Shown in pieces: positions 1 to 11,209 of a stretch of DNA of 64,000 nucleotides. The notes beneath the pieces were generated by a model that was given only the letters and a program-made list of their open reading frames with translations, was not told the DNA's origin and did not search any database. This DNA comes from Minisyncoccota bacterium. GTDB taxonomy: Bacteria > Patescibacteriota > Minisyncoccia > Phycocordibacterales > CAJBRS01. The stretch is taken from assembly GCA_035652395.1 (NCBI GenBank), contig DASRDX010000009.1, positions 208,411-272,410 of the forward strand, written 5' to 3'. The translations under genes were made by a program, and so were the position numbers. Position 1 is the stretch's first letter, and each line of letters begins with the position of its first letter.

Positions 1-315
1 ACGACTCCGGAAATCACGGGCTATTGTAATCAGGATTACACTTGTCAGACCAAGTTTGACGCCGCTAGAAAAGTTTATGAACGTAATGTTTTTGTCATTC
101 TAGTCATTCTTGGCATTCTATCCATCTTAGTAGCAATCTTCTGGCGAGCCGCCGGTATCGTCTCAATTGGCCTTTCCTTAGGAGGAGTCTTATCTTTAGT
201 CATCGCTTCCATTCGATACTGGGGTGATGCCCAAAACTTATTACGCGTTTTAATTTTAGCCGTAGCTCTAGCCGCCCTTATCTGGGTAGGAGTTAAAAGA
301 TTCAAAAATGAGTGA
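1..315 (+). CDS. Partial (5'-truncated) membrane protein, about 3 C-terminal TM helices
   Basis: Frame 1 is open from base 1 to TGA at 313-315: TTPEITGYCNQDYTC...VFVILVILGILSILVAIFW...IRYWG...LIWVGVKRFKNE*. Not in the ORF track because the start lies outside the window. Confidence 0.8.
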   Translation, partial: TTPEITGYCNQDYTCQTKFDAARKVYERNVFVILVILGILSILVAIFWRAAGIVSIGLSLGGVLSLVIASIRYWGDAQNLLRVLILAVALAALIWVGVKRFKNE

Positions 316-323
316 AAGAGGGA

Positions 324-2672
324 ATGAAAGAGTACAACCACAAAGAAGTTGAAGAAAAATGGCAAAAAATTTGGGAGGAAAAACAAATCTATAAGGCAGA
401 AGATAATTCAAAGAAGCCCAAATTCTATAGTCTAATTGAATTTCCGTATCCGTCCGGAGACGGTCTTCATGTTGGTCATCCTCGTCCATACATTGGCATG
501 GATGTCATTTCCCGGAAAAGACGAGCCGAAGGATTTAATGTTCTTTATCCGATAGGCTGGGATGCCTTTGGTCTGCCCACCGAAAACTATGCCATTAAGA
601 CTGGAATTGCTCCGGCCGAGGTAACCAAGCAAAACACCGATAATTTCCGCCGTCAGATCAAGATGCTCGGTACTTCTTTTGACTGGTCCCGAGAAATCAA
701 CACTACGGATCCAAAATATTACAAATGGACGCAATGGATTTTTTTGCAGCTCTACAAACATGACTTGGCTTACAAAGCCAAAGCCACTATTAATTGGTGC
801 CCGAAAGACAAAATCGGTTTAGCTAACGAGGAAGTGGTTAACGGTAGATGCGAGCGTTGTGGCACGCCGGTGGAAAAGCGGGAGAAAGAGCAATGGATTC
901 TAGCCATCACTAAATATGCCGAACGCCTTGACAAAGATCTTGACAGCGTCGATTACCTGCCGCAAATCAAAACCCAACAGCGCAACTGGATCGGCCGAAG
1001 TGAGGGAGCGGAAATAAAATTTTATCTAAACTTTACCTTCGATCCTTCGGCGAATCAGAATCGCAGCCCCGATGGGGAAAAAGCTCATATCCCAATTTTT
1101 ACCACTCGTCCGGATACTATTTTCGGCGCAACATATCTGGTGTTGGCGCCGGAGCATTTGTGGGTCACCTTAGCGACGCGTAACGATCATCACGTTTTAG
1201 AGAACAAAGAAGAAGTCCAGACTTATGTCCAGACCGTTAAAAATAAAACTGATATTGAACGAACCGCGGAAGGAAAAGAAAAGACGGGCATAGAGATTAA
1301 AGGAGTTCGAGCTATTAATCCTGCTACCAAGGAAGAAATTCCAATTTGGGTGGCAGATTACGTTCTGCCACATTACGGAACCGGCGCTATTATGGCTGTA
1401 CCAGCAGACGATAAGAGAGATGAAGAGTTTGCGGAGAAATTTAAGCTGCCGATTGTCAGGGATTATCCGAAAGCCGGATTTGAGGATTTTGGCAAAAAGG
1501 TTATTCGATTCAAGCTCCGCGACTGGATCTTTTCACGCCAGCGATATTGGGGGGAGCCGATTCCGATAATTCATTGCCCGAAATGCGGGATGGTGGCGGT
1601 GCCCGAAGAGGATTTACCGGTGATCTTGCCAGAGGTGAAAAATTATCAGCCGACTGAAACAGGGGAGTCGCCACTTTCCGCTATTTCCGATTGGGTCAAG
1701 GTGAAGTGTCCAAAGTGCGATGGAGAGGCTAAAAGAGAAACCGATACTATGCCAACATGGGCTGGTTCTAGCTGGTATTTTTTGCGCTATACCGATCCAG
1801 AAAATGATCGCGCTCTGGCTGATCCGAAAAAACTTAAATATTGGATGCCGGTTGATTGGTATAACGGTGGCATGGAGCACACCACTCTTCACTTGCTCTA
1901 CTCACGGTTTTGGAACAAGTTCCTCTTTGATATTGGAGTTGCTCCGACAAGCGAGCCATATCGGAAGAGAACTTCACATGGATTTATCCTAGCGCCCGAT
2001 GGCGAGAAGATGTCCAAATCTCGCGGCAATGTTATCAATCCGGATGATGTCGTCAATCAATTTGGAGCTGATACTTTTCGTCTGTATGAAATGTTTATGG
2101 GGCCGTTTGATCAAGCGGTAAAGTGGAGCACTGAAGGTATTCTTGGACCACGCCGATTTTTGGAAAGAATCTGGAAATTGTCCGATAAAATTTCAGAAAA
2201 TGAAACATCCAAAGAAACTAAGGCCTTACTCGAAGCAACTATTAAAAAAGTAACTGAAGATATTGAGGCAATGAGATTTAATACGGCCGTCTCAGCTTTG
2301 ATGATTATGGCCAACCAGTTTGAGAAGGAGGAATCTATTAGGAAAACCGATTATGAAAAGTTTTTAGTCTTGTTATCAGTTTTCTGCCCGCACATTTGCG
2401 AGGAATTGTGGCAAATGTGCGGGCACTCCGACTCCATTCAAGAAGCCGCCTGGCCTTCCTACGATCAATCCCTAATCCGCGAAGAAAAGGTGACAATTGT
2501 GGTTCAAATTAACGGCCGCCTGCGGGCCAGTTTGGAATCGAACCCCGATAAAGACGAAGCTGGAATAACCGAAGCGGCCAAAGCCATTCCGGAAGTCCAA
2601 AAATGGCTTCTTGGCCAAACTATTAAAAAAGTCATTTTTGTCCCCAATAAGCTAATAAATTTTGTCATTTAG
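324..2672 (+). CDS. leuS: Leucine--tRNA ligase
   Basis: FPYPSGDGLHVGH (HIGH), KMSKS, CP1 motifs FTTRPDT and YGTGAIMAVP. ATG 324 preferred over GTG 312. Confidence 0.98.
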   Translation: MKEYNHKEVEEKWQKIWEEKQIYKAEDNSKKPKFYSLIEFPYPSGDGLHVGHPRPYIGMDVISRKRRAEGFNVLYPIGWDAFGLPTENYAIKTGIAPAEVTKQNTDNFRRQIKMLGTSFDWSREINTTDPKYYKWTQWIFLQLYKHDLAYKAKATINWCPKDKIGLANEEVVNGRCERCGTPVEKREKEQWILAITKYAERLDKDLDSVDYLPQIKTQQRNWIGRSEGAEIKFYLNFTFDPSANQNRSPDGEKAHIPIFTTRPDTIFGATYLVLAPEHLWVTLATRNDHHVLENKEEVQTYVQTVKNKTDIERTAEGKEKTGIEIKGVRAINPATKEEIPIWVADYVLPHYGTGAIMAVPADDKRDEEFAEKFKLPIVRDYPKAGFEDFGKKVIRFKLRDWIFSRQRYWGEPIPIIHCPKCGMVAVPEEDLPVILPEVKNYQPTETGESPLSAISDWVKVKCPKCDGEAKRETDTMPTWAGSSWYFLRYTDPENDRALADPKKLKYWMPVDWYNGGMEHTTLHLLYSRFWNKFLFDIGVAPTSEPYRKRTSHGFILAPDGEKMSKSRGNVINPDDVVNQFGADTFRLYEMFMGPFDQAVKWSTEGILGPRRFLERIWKLSDKISENETSKETKALLEATIKKVTEDIEAMRFNTAVSALMIMANQFEKEESIRKTDYEKFLVLLSVFCPHICEELWQMCGHSDSIQEAAWPSYDQSLIREEKVTIVVQINGRLRASLESNPDKDEAGITEAAKAIPEVQKWLLGQTIKKVIFVPNKLINFVI

Positions 2673-2713
2673 AGCTTATTTTTAGCCATTTTAACTAGTC
2701 TATTGACTTATAG

Positions 2714-3772
<1,059 letters not shown>

Positions 3773-3800
3773 GGAGTACATTTGAGCTAAAATATTGAAT

Positions 3801-5036
3801 ATGAATGTTTTTTATGCGGTTTACGTGCTGTTAATAGTGGCCATTCCGTTCTTTTTTATCTACGCCTTCGTTCGCTTGTGGCTGCGCTATGCCCGAACAG
3901 ATTTCGAATCAAGACAAAAATACACTTTGCTTGAATTGAAGGTACCTCGCGAAATCACCAAATCGCCGGCTGCCATGGAGATCTTTCTGACCGCTCTATA
4001 TCAGACTGGGGCCGCCACCTATCTTGAAACTTATTGGCAGGGAAAACTCCGACCGGTTTTTTCCTTGGAACTCGTCTCGCTTGAGGGTCGAGTACATTTT
4101 TATATTTGGACTCGTCAGGCTTGGAAAAATATCATTGAGTCGCAAATTTATGCTCAGTATCCGACGGTGGAAGTAGTGGAAGTTTCTGATTACACCGACA
4201 TGATCGAGCACGCCGAGAATGACATGGTGATGTGGGGCACTTATTTTAAGAAAAAAGAGGATGAGGTTTACCCCATCAAAACTTATATTGACTACGGACT
4301 AGATCAAAATCCGAAAGAGGAACACAAGGTGGATCCGATGACTTCGGTCTTGGAATATCTCGGCTCACTGCATCAGAACGAATATGCTTGGATTCAAATT
4401 ATCATCCAAGCTCATAAGAGTGAGGGAATAAAAGAAGGGCGGATTTTTCACGCCAAGAAAAATGATTGGAAAGATGCGGTAAAAGAAGAAATTCAGAAAA
4501 TTCGCGAGGAAATCTTAAAAAGCGGCGGCGAAAATATTCGCGTACCGAATCCTACCAGAGCCCAGCAGGAATTAATCGCCTCCATGGAGCGTAATCTGGC
4601 TAAATTTCCTTTTGAATGCTGCATTCGGGGCATCTATCTTGCCAAGGGCGAAATCTTCAACAATCACTTGGGGATCTCAGGTTTAATTGGCAGCTTCCGT
4701 CAGTATTCCTCTCCGTCACGTTTAAATAATATTTCTTTGGGCTGGTTTACCGATCACGACGACTTTGGCAAAGATATGCTGACTTTGTTTGGCTGGTTTC
4801 CGCCGCTTCGAAACGCCATGCGTCGGCGGCGAGATCGGATGGAAAGACATATGCTTGAAGCTTACAAACATCGCGGAGCTTTTGAGCCTCCCTTTACCGA
4901 TCATCATGAGCCGTTTGTTATGACTACCGAGGAGCTTGCCACCGTCTTTCACTTTCCGGGTGAAGTGGCCGCTACACCTACCTTTGATCGCATTCCGGCT
5001 AAGAAAGCCGAAGCGCCTTCTAACTTACCGATTTAA
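3801..5036 (+). CDS. Conserved hypothetical protein with N-terminal TM anchor
   Basis: Long ORF with a hydrophobic N-terminus and motifs LLELKVPRE, FSLELVS, IYAQYP, EELATVFHFP. TAAAAT lies 7 nt before ATG 3801. Confidence 0.75.
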   Translation: MNVFYAVYVLLIVAIPFFFIYAFVRLWLRYARTDFESRQKYTLLELKVPREITKSPAAMEIFLTALYQTGAATYLETYWQGKLRPVFSLELVSLEGRVHFYIWTRQAWKNIIESQIYAQYPTVEVVEVSDYTDMIEHAENDMVMWGTYFKKKEDEVYPIKTYIDYGLDQNPKEEHKVDPMTSVLEYLGSLHQNEYAWIQIIIQAHKSEGIKEGRIFHAKKNDWKDAVKEEIQKIREEILKSGGENIRVPNPTRAQQELIASMERNLAKFPFECCIRGIYLAKGEIFNNHLGISGLIGSFRQYSSPSRLNNISLGWFTDHDDFGKDMLTLFGWFPPLRNAMRRRRDRMERHMLEAYKHRGAFEPPFTDHHEPFVMTTEELATVFHFPGEVAATPTFDRIPAKKAEAPSNLPI

Positions 5037-6019
5037 TGTCTTGGAACAATCAGCTTAAAGAGAAGGCCAAAATTCTGTTCCAGCGACTCGGTCTTTACGG
5101 CATTTTAATTATTTGCGTCCTCCTATTTTGTTTTTATTTATTCTTTTTTCAGACACCGCGCAATTTCAAACCCGACTCAACTATCAAGATCGAAGCCGGG
5201 CAAAGCGTTTATTCGGTGACGCGCGAGATGACAAAAGAGGGCATTATAAATTCTTCTTTTTGGCTGACCAATTTAATTATTTTAACCGGCGGCGAGCATC
5301 GAGTAGTCGCCGGCTATTATCTGTTTCAGAGTCCGGAAAATCTTTTTACCATTGCTCATCGCATTACACACGGAAAGTTCGGCATTGTTCAGATCAAGGT
5401 CACTATTCCTGAAGGCCTGAATGTTTCAGAGATCGCCGATATTTATAAACAGAAATTCAATCTTTTCGATGAAGAGGGATTCTTGAGTCTGGCCAAGCCG
5501 AAGGAAGGATATCTATTTCCGGAAACTTATTTTTTCATTCCAACGGTTACGCCCGCAGAAGTTGTTACCATGATGTCTACCACTTTTAATCAGAAAATTG
5601 CCCCCCTGGAGCCCGCTTTGGCCACTTCCAGTCATTCTTTGAACGAAATCATTACTATGGCCTCGATTTTGGAAGGCGAGGCCAAGACTGTAGAGGATAA
5701 GAAAATCGTCTCCGGTATTCTTTGGCAGCGGCTGGCGGATGGGGTGGCTCTGGGAGTAGATTCCACTTTTAAATACATTAACGGCAAAAGTTCGGCTGAA
5801 TTAACTGCCGCCGATCTCAAAACTAAATCTCCCTATAATACTTATCTAAATCGCGGCCTGCCACCGACTCCAATTTCCAATCCAGGTCTTGAATCCATTG
5901 AAGCGGCTCTTAATCCAACTATCACCGATTATTACTATTTCCTTTCCGATAAAGAGGGGAATATTCACTATGCCAAGACTCTGAAGGAGCATCTGGCCAA
6001 TATTAAAAAGTATCTTTGA
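5036..6019 (+). CDS. mltG: Endolytic transglycosylase MltG
   Basis: N-terminal TM; VTIPEG, EGYLFPETY, MASILEGE, SPYNTY..GLPPTPISNPG. Confidence 0.95.
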   Translation: MSWNNQLKEKAKILFQRLGLYGILIICVLLFCFYLFFFQTPRNFKPDSTIKIEAGQSVYSVTREMTKEGIINSSFWLTNLIILTGGEHRVVAGYYLFQSPENLFTIAHRITHGKFGIVQIKVTIPEGLNVSEIADIYKQKFNLFDEEGFLSLAKPKEGYLFPETYFFIPTVTPAEVVTMMSTTFNQKIAPLEPALATSSHSLNEIITMASILEGEAKTVEDKKIVSGILWQRLADGVALGVDSTFKYINGKSSAELTAADLKTKSPYNTYLNRGLPPTPISNPGLESIEAALNPTITDYYYFLSDKEGNIHYAKTLKEHLANIKKYL

Positions 6020-6051
6020 GATTCTCGGCTTCTTTGTGTTAAATTGTCTGA

Positions 6052-7113
6052 ATGCTAAAGAAAGCTAAAAAAGTTTTTGTCGCCATGTCCGGCGGAGTGG
6101 ATTCGTCTGTTTCGGCCGCGTTGCTCCAAAAGGCCGGCTATGATGTTACTGGAGTATTCATAAAAGTCTGGCAGCCGGACTTTATTCATTGCACTTGGAA
6201 GGAAGATAGGAGGGATGCCATGCGGGTGGCCGCTCTTTTGGATATTCCGTTTTTAACTTTGGATTTAGAAAAGGAATACAAAAAGGAAGTGGTGGACTAC
6301 ATGCTGGCCGAATATAAAGCCGGACGAACACCCAATCCGGACGTTATGTGCAATCAGCAGATTAAATTCGGCGCTTATTATCGATGGGCTCTGAAGCAGG
6401 GAGCGGATTATGTCGCCACTGGTCATTATGCACGGGTGACCCGAAGTCAATTATTTGAAGGAAAGGATAAAAACAAAGACCAAAGCTACTTTTTGTGGAC
6501 TTTAACGAAAGATCAATTAGCGCATATCTTGTTTCCGATCGGAGATTTCAAAAAAGAAAAGGTTCGGCAGCTTGCCAAAAAATTCAAGCTGCCGAACGCC
6601 GAGAAAAAGGACAGCCAAGGCCTCTGCTTTATCGGCAAAGTGGATATGAAGGAATTTTTATCCCACTTTATTAAGCCTAAGGCAGGGAAGGTGGTAGATG
6701 AAGAGGGAAATACCCTCGGCGATCATAACGGCGCCTTCTTTTTCACTATTGGCGAAAGACATGGGTTTAATATCACTAAAAAATCTCCGAAAGATAAGCC
6801 CTATTATGTTATCGGCAAGGATCTGAAGAAGAACTTACTTATCGTTTCTGATCGGTCGAAAATAGCTGAAGAAAGCAAAAAAAGAAAAAGCTGCAGCTTA
6901 TCAGCCGTTAATTGGATAGAAAACCCGACAACCGGCAAGAATTACACTTGTCGAATTCGCTATAGACAAGAAAAGCAGAAATGTACCATAAAAAGGCGCG
7001 GCAAAAACTTCGAAGCCGTTTTTGCCGCGCCCCAAACCACCTTGGCCTCCGGCCAATCTCTCGTTCTCTATGAGCAAGAAAAATGTCTGGGCGGGGGAGT
7101 AATAGAGGTATAG
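6052..7113 (+). CDS. mnmA: tRNA-specific 2-thiouridylase
   Basis: AMSGGVDS PP-loop, TPNPDVMCN, ATGHYA, KDQSYFL, DSQGLCF. Confidence 0.97.
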   Translation: MLKKAKKVFVAMSGGVDSSVSAALLQKAGYDVTGVFIKVWQPDFIHCTWKEDRRDAMRVAALLDIPFLTLDLEKEYKKEVVDYMLAEYKAGRTPNPDVMCNQQIKFGAYYRWALKQGADYVATGHYARVTRSQLFEGKDKNKDQSYFLWTLTKDQLAHILFPIGDFKKEKVRQLAKKFKLPNAEKKDSQGLCFIGKVDMKEFLSHFIKPKAGKVVDEEGNTLGDHNGAFFFTIGERHGFNITKKSPKDKPYYVIGKDLKKNLLIVSDRSKIAEESKKRKSCSLSAVNWIENPTTGKNYTCRIRYRQEKQKCTIKRRGKNFEAVFAAPQTTLASGQSLVLYEQEKCLGGGVIEV

Positions 7114-7163
7114 TCGTTAAAGATTTAATAAATTGAAACTTCACTACGGGGTATAATAATCAT

Positions 7164-8009
7164 ATGCATAAATCCAATATTCAAATCATCAAAAATACTG
7201 GCGAAAGGGAATTTTTTGATCCGGAAAAGCTAATTGACTCCTTGCGAGACGCCGGTGCCGACAAATTGGTGATTGAAAAAGTAGTGAAGCATATTGAAGA
7301 TGAACTTCACGATGGTATGACTACGCGGGCTATTTATGATCACGCTTTTCAATATTTAAAAAAGCTCCAAAGGCCGGTAGCCGCCCGCTATTCGCTGAAA
7401 AAAGCTATTGCCGAGCTTGGACCAACCGGTTTTCCTTTTGAAGATTACGTGGCTAGAATTTTTAGCTCTCGGGGTTATAAAACCCTAACGGATCAAATGG
7501 TGCTGGGAAGCTGCGTCCCGCACGAAGTTGATATTGTGGCCTGGAACAAGGAGAAGCTCATCATGTGCGAAGTGAAATTCCATAATGAAACTAGTCCGAA
7601 GACTGATCTAAAAGTGGCTCTTTACGTGAAGGCTCGCTTTGACGATCTGAAAGCTAACATTTTTGATTACGGACACGAACGCCGGCTGGATGAAGGTTGG
7701 CTCATCACCAATACTAAATTCACTGAAACAGCTATTCACTATGGCGAGTGCTACGGTCTCAAAATGGTCGGCTGGGATTATCCGAAAAAGGGCAATCTTC
7801 AACAATTCATTGAAGACCAAGAGCTTCATCCCATTACCTGTCTCACCACTCTAACCTCCGCTGAAAAGACCGACCTTCTCGCTAACAAAATCGTCCTCTG
7901 CCGCGAACTCTTAGAAAATCACCATCATCTCTTTACGCACCTCCCCGACGCCCAAAAACGCCTCCCCGAAATTTTGGAGGAAATAAACTATCTGACAGGA
8001 CAGAAGTAA
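7164..8009 (+). CDS. ATP-cone domain plus Mrr-like PD-(D/E)xK restriction-endonuclease-fold protein
   Basis: N-terminal IIKNTGEREFFDPEKL (ATP cone); GPTGFPFEDYV...HEVDIVA...CEVKFH nuclease core. Confidence 0.8.
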   Translation: MHKSNIQIIKNTGEREFFDPEKLIDSLRDAGADKLVIEKVVKHIEDELHDGMTTRAIYDHAFQYLKKLQRPVAARYSLKKAIAELGPTGFPFEDYVARIFSSRGYKTLTDQMVLGSCVPHEVDIVAWNKEKLIMCEVKFHNETSPKTDLKVALYVKARFDDLKANIFDYGHERRLDEGWLITNTKFTETAIHYGECYGLKMVGWDYPKKGNLQQFIEDQELHPITCLTTLTSAEKTDLLANKIVLCRELLENHHHLFTHLPDAQKRLPEILEEINYLTGQK

Positions 8010-8061
8010 ATTTTTTCTGAATTTGAAATAAACTCATTTTTATGGCATAATCCATTAAATA

Positions 8062-9027
8062 ATGGCCAATTTATTTCGGATCACAGCTAGTAATCCAGAG
8101 GCTTACCAGCATTACATCGATACAATCGAGCGAGGTTTTCCGTTAGATTCAGTCACTAGTTTTCTTGACCAAGATCAAATCTTTGCATTAAGAAATATCT
8201 ACGGTGATAAGCTAATTCGGGCTTGGGGTGCTACTGCAGGGTCTGGAAATATTCGAACTTGGCATCAACTTAATATTGGCGACCCCATTTTAATTTATCG
8301 AAAAGGCAATTTTGAATATTACGCTTTTGTAACTTTTAAAATCCACAATAAGGATTTGGCGAAACATTTGTGGCGCACCAATCCCCAGGGAGAAACCTGG
8401 GAATATGTTTACTTTTTAGATGGTCTGGTGGAAATTTCTGTTCCCCTCAAAATTTTTAATGAATTAATGGGATTTAACGAAGCTTTTCGACCATATGGGT
8501 TTGCCGCTACCGAATCAATGCGGTTAAATAGAATTGAAAATAAATTTGGATCAGTAATAGATTTTCTTAATTACCTTCGTGAAGGAAAATGGGTGGACAA
8601 AGAAACTCAGTATCCTGCTGAAGTCAAAGAAAATATTATAAAGGAGAGATTATTACGCCCTATTGGGAACACCACCATATTGGAAGCTAACCTCGAGAAT
8701 CTGATTGTCGATAAGGTTAGTGAAATTGAACCCGGCCTCAATCTCATTGGAAGACAAGTAGATACTAAAGAAGTCGGCCGATTAGATCTGTTGTGTGAAG
8801 ATAAGGATAAAAATCTGGTGGTCATCGAATTAAAAAGAGCGGCTGCTGGACCATCTATTATTGAACAGATTCAACGATATATGGGCTGGGCCATAAAGCA
8901 CCGAGCACAACCTGGTCAGCGAGTGCGAGGCATCATTATAGCCGGATCAAAAGATACTGCCTTAGAATACGCCGTTAGTGCAAATCCTTTAATGGAAGTA
9001 AAGACTTTCAATTTGTCTATTCAGTAG
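8062..9027 (+). CDS. PUA/EVE-like domain fused to NucS-like (DUF91-type) endonuclease
   Basis: N-terminal AWG...WHQLNIGDPILIY pattern; C-terminal LEANLE...GRLDLLCED...VVIELKR...QIQRYM. Confidence 0.7.
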   Translation: MANLFRITASNPEAYQHYIDTIERGFPLDSVTSFLDQDQIFALRNIYGDKLIRAWGATAGSGNIRTWHQLNIGDPILIYRKGNFEYYAFVTFKIHNKDLAKHLWRTNPQGETWEYVYFLDGLVEISVPLKIFNELMGFNEAFRPYGFAATESMRLNRIENKFGSVIDFLNYLREGKWVDKETQYPAEVKENIIKERLLRPIGNTTILEANLENLIVDKVSEIEPGLNLIGRQVDTKEVGRLDLLCEDKDKNLVVIELKRAAAGPSIIEQIQRYMGWAIKHRAQPGQRVRGIIIAGSKDTALEYAVSANPLMEVKTFNLSIQ

Positions 9028-9105
9028 ATCATACAAGAAGTCAGAATTGACAACAGCTTATACAAGAATTGGGCGGCTGGCCCACTTCTGTGATAAAAAT
9101 AACGA

Positions 9106-10494
9106 ATGTCCTCGAGACCTTTTCACGATGAATACAGCGATGAGCCAGAATTACAAGCTGGTGACAAAGTGGCATTTGGGAAATGGTTAACAATAACCCA
9201 TCCTTATAAAAATTGCCCAAATTGCAGACGTCGAGTCTTAGGCAATCCGATGATGCATAGCGGTGAGACCTATGTTATGGCATGTCTTTTGTGCGATTAC
9301 ACTGAGGGTTTGAATCTTCCAAAATTAAAAAAGAAAGTAATCTATCTAGATCAGTTCGTATTTGACAATATCGTAAAAACTTTGGATCCAAAGCACCCTA
9401 AGCACTCTCAAGTTATTAAGGAGCCATTCTGGAAGGAGGTATTTGAAAAGCTTGAAGGACCTACCAGAGCAGAACTTATTGTTTGTCCAGATTCATTTTT
9501 CCATATAGATGAATCGGCTCCAACAGATTATTTTAAGTCATTAGAAAGAATCTACGAACATTTTTCTGGAGGAGTCACCTTCTTAAATAACGCTAAAATT
9601 ACTGAACAACAGGTGGTCAATTACTTTAAAAACTGGCTAATCGGAAAAGATGTAATACCTGTTCTTGATCCATCTCAAATTGTGATAGGAGATCTAAATA
9701 AGTGGCACGACCGGATGAAAGTCAGTATAAGTATGCAGCCCAAAGAAGAAGAGATTAAAGAGAAGCTGGAACATAAGAAAAAAGGGTATAAGTTTTTTTG
9801 TGAAGTGTTCCGGCGGTGGCAGACAGAAACGCAGAGGAAATTTGACGATTGGTATCGTGAAGAGATTGGTGGATTTGCCAAGGGCACAATTCTTGCTGCA
9901 AAAAATTTCCAGGAACGCCAAACGGCTTTTTTGATGAACTATGTGCCAGGTCAAATAATTGATCTAAATAATATTTTACCGCCCCCTAGTGTTGATTTGC
10001 TTAAAAAATTAATGAATGAAGCATTTATAGCAGGAGCGTCCGATCAACAAGATTGTGTTAAAAAAGTGCTTGATTTTATGCAGATTGAGAATCTACAAAA
10101 AATACCTGCCATAAGAATTCAAAGTCTTATCTATGCCGCCCTTGCAGATCAGGCCGCTCATGGAAGAAAAAATCTACCTTCTCCCGGAGTCCAAGCGGAT
10201 ACTGATATGATCTCCGGGCTACTTCCATATTGTGATGCCATCTTTGTTGATAAGGAAAACGCAGCTCTTCTAGAAGATGGCCGAGTAAAAGGAAAGCTAG
10301 GAGTAAATACAAAAATATTTTCTCTCAGAAACAAGGAAGCTTTCCTTAATTATTTAGATAATATATTGTTAAAAGCTGATAATGATCATCTTAGATTTGT
10401 TCAGCAGATATATGGAAAGGATTGGGCGAAACCCTATCTGACAATAATTGAGGACATGGATAAATATGAAACCAATAATGGGAGCGACAAGTAA
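9106..10494 (+). CDS. Zn-ribbon plus PIN-like domain protein
   Basis: CPNC...CLLC; VIYLDQFV, S..H..E and D..MI...LPYCDAIFVD resemble the acidic PIN core. Confidence 0.6.
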   Translation: MSSRPFHDEYSDEPELQAGDKVAFGKWLTITHPYKNCPNCRRRVLGNPMMHSGETYVMACLLCDYTEGLNLPKLKKKVIYLDQFVFDNIVKTLDPKHPKHSQVIKEPFWKEVFEKLEGPTRAELIVCPDSFFHIDESAPTDYFKSLERIYEHFSGGVTFLNNAKITEQQVVNYFKNWLIGKDVIPVLDPSQIVIGDLNKWHDRMKVSISMQPKEEEIKEKLEHKKKGYKFFCEVFRRWQTETQRKFDDWYREEIGGFAKGTILAAKNFQERQTAFLMNYVPGQIIDLNNILPPPSVDLLKKLMNEAFIAGASDQQDCVKKVLDFMQIENLQKIPAIRIQSLIYAALADQAAHGRKNLPSPGVQADTDMISGLLPYCDAIFVDKENAALLEDGRVKGKLGVNTKIFSLRNKEAFLNYLDNILLKADNDHLRFVQQIYGKDWAKPYLTIIEDMDKYETNNGSDK

Positions 10495-10572
10495 TTTTTC
10501 GCCAACAGGGCGACACCTTTTATTTCTTGGGAGCAAGTGAGGAAATTTAAATGAATAAGATATAATCAAGAT

Positions 10573-11172
10573 ATGAGAAAAATTATTGTTTTATCTTTTA
10601 TTAGTCTAGATGGGGTAATGCAGGCGCCGGGCGGCCCGGACGAAGATACTTCGAGCGGGTTTAAATACGGGGGCTGGACCTTTCCATACTTTGATGAAGC
10701 GGCGGGGAAGCTGATGGATGAGCAGATGAAAGAGCCCTTTAGTTTGCTTTTGGGGCGAAAAACTTATGACATCTTTGCCAATTATTGGCCGCAACATGGA
10801 GAGAATTGGCCCGGAGTAAATAAAGCTCAAAAATACGTGGCTTCAAACACTTTGACCGAGGCCAAATGGGAAAACAGTGTCATTTTAAATGGGGATGTGG
10901 TATCCGCCGTGAAGAAATTGAAAGAGGAAGATGGGCCGGATCTTCAGGTTTATGGTTCCGGCAATTTCATTCAAACTCTTCTTAAGAACGATTTAGTGGA
11001 TGAATTATGGCTGAAAACCTTTCCCGTAACTCTTGGTGGTGGTAAGAAATTGTTTGCCGAGGGTACGATTCCGGCTGCATTTAAATTGCTGGAGTCTAAA
11101 TCTACACCCAGCGGAGTAATTTTCGCCAATTACAAGAGAGATGGGGAAGTAAAAACCGGTTCTTTTTCCTAG
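10573..11172 (+). CDS. Dihydrofolate reductase family protein (RibD C-terminal type)
   Basis: ISLDGVMQAPGGP, LLLGRKTY, VYGSG, LVDEL...P..LGGGKKLF. Confidence 0.9.
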   Translation: MRKIIVLSFISLDGVMQAPGGPDEDTSSGFKYGGWTFPYFDEAAGKLMDEQMKEPFSLLLGRKTYDIFANYWPQHGENWPGVNKAQKYVASNTLTEAKWENSVILNGDVVSAVKKLKEEDGPDLQVYGSGNFIQTLLKNDLVDELWLKTFPVTLGGGKKLFAEGTIPAAFKLLESKSTPSGVIFANYKRDGEVKTGSFS

Positions 11173-11209
11173 CCTCTAAACAGGAATTGAAAAGTGTTAT
11201 ACTGCTCGC

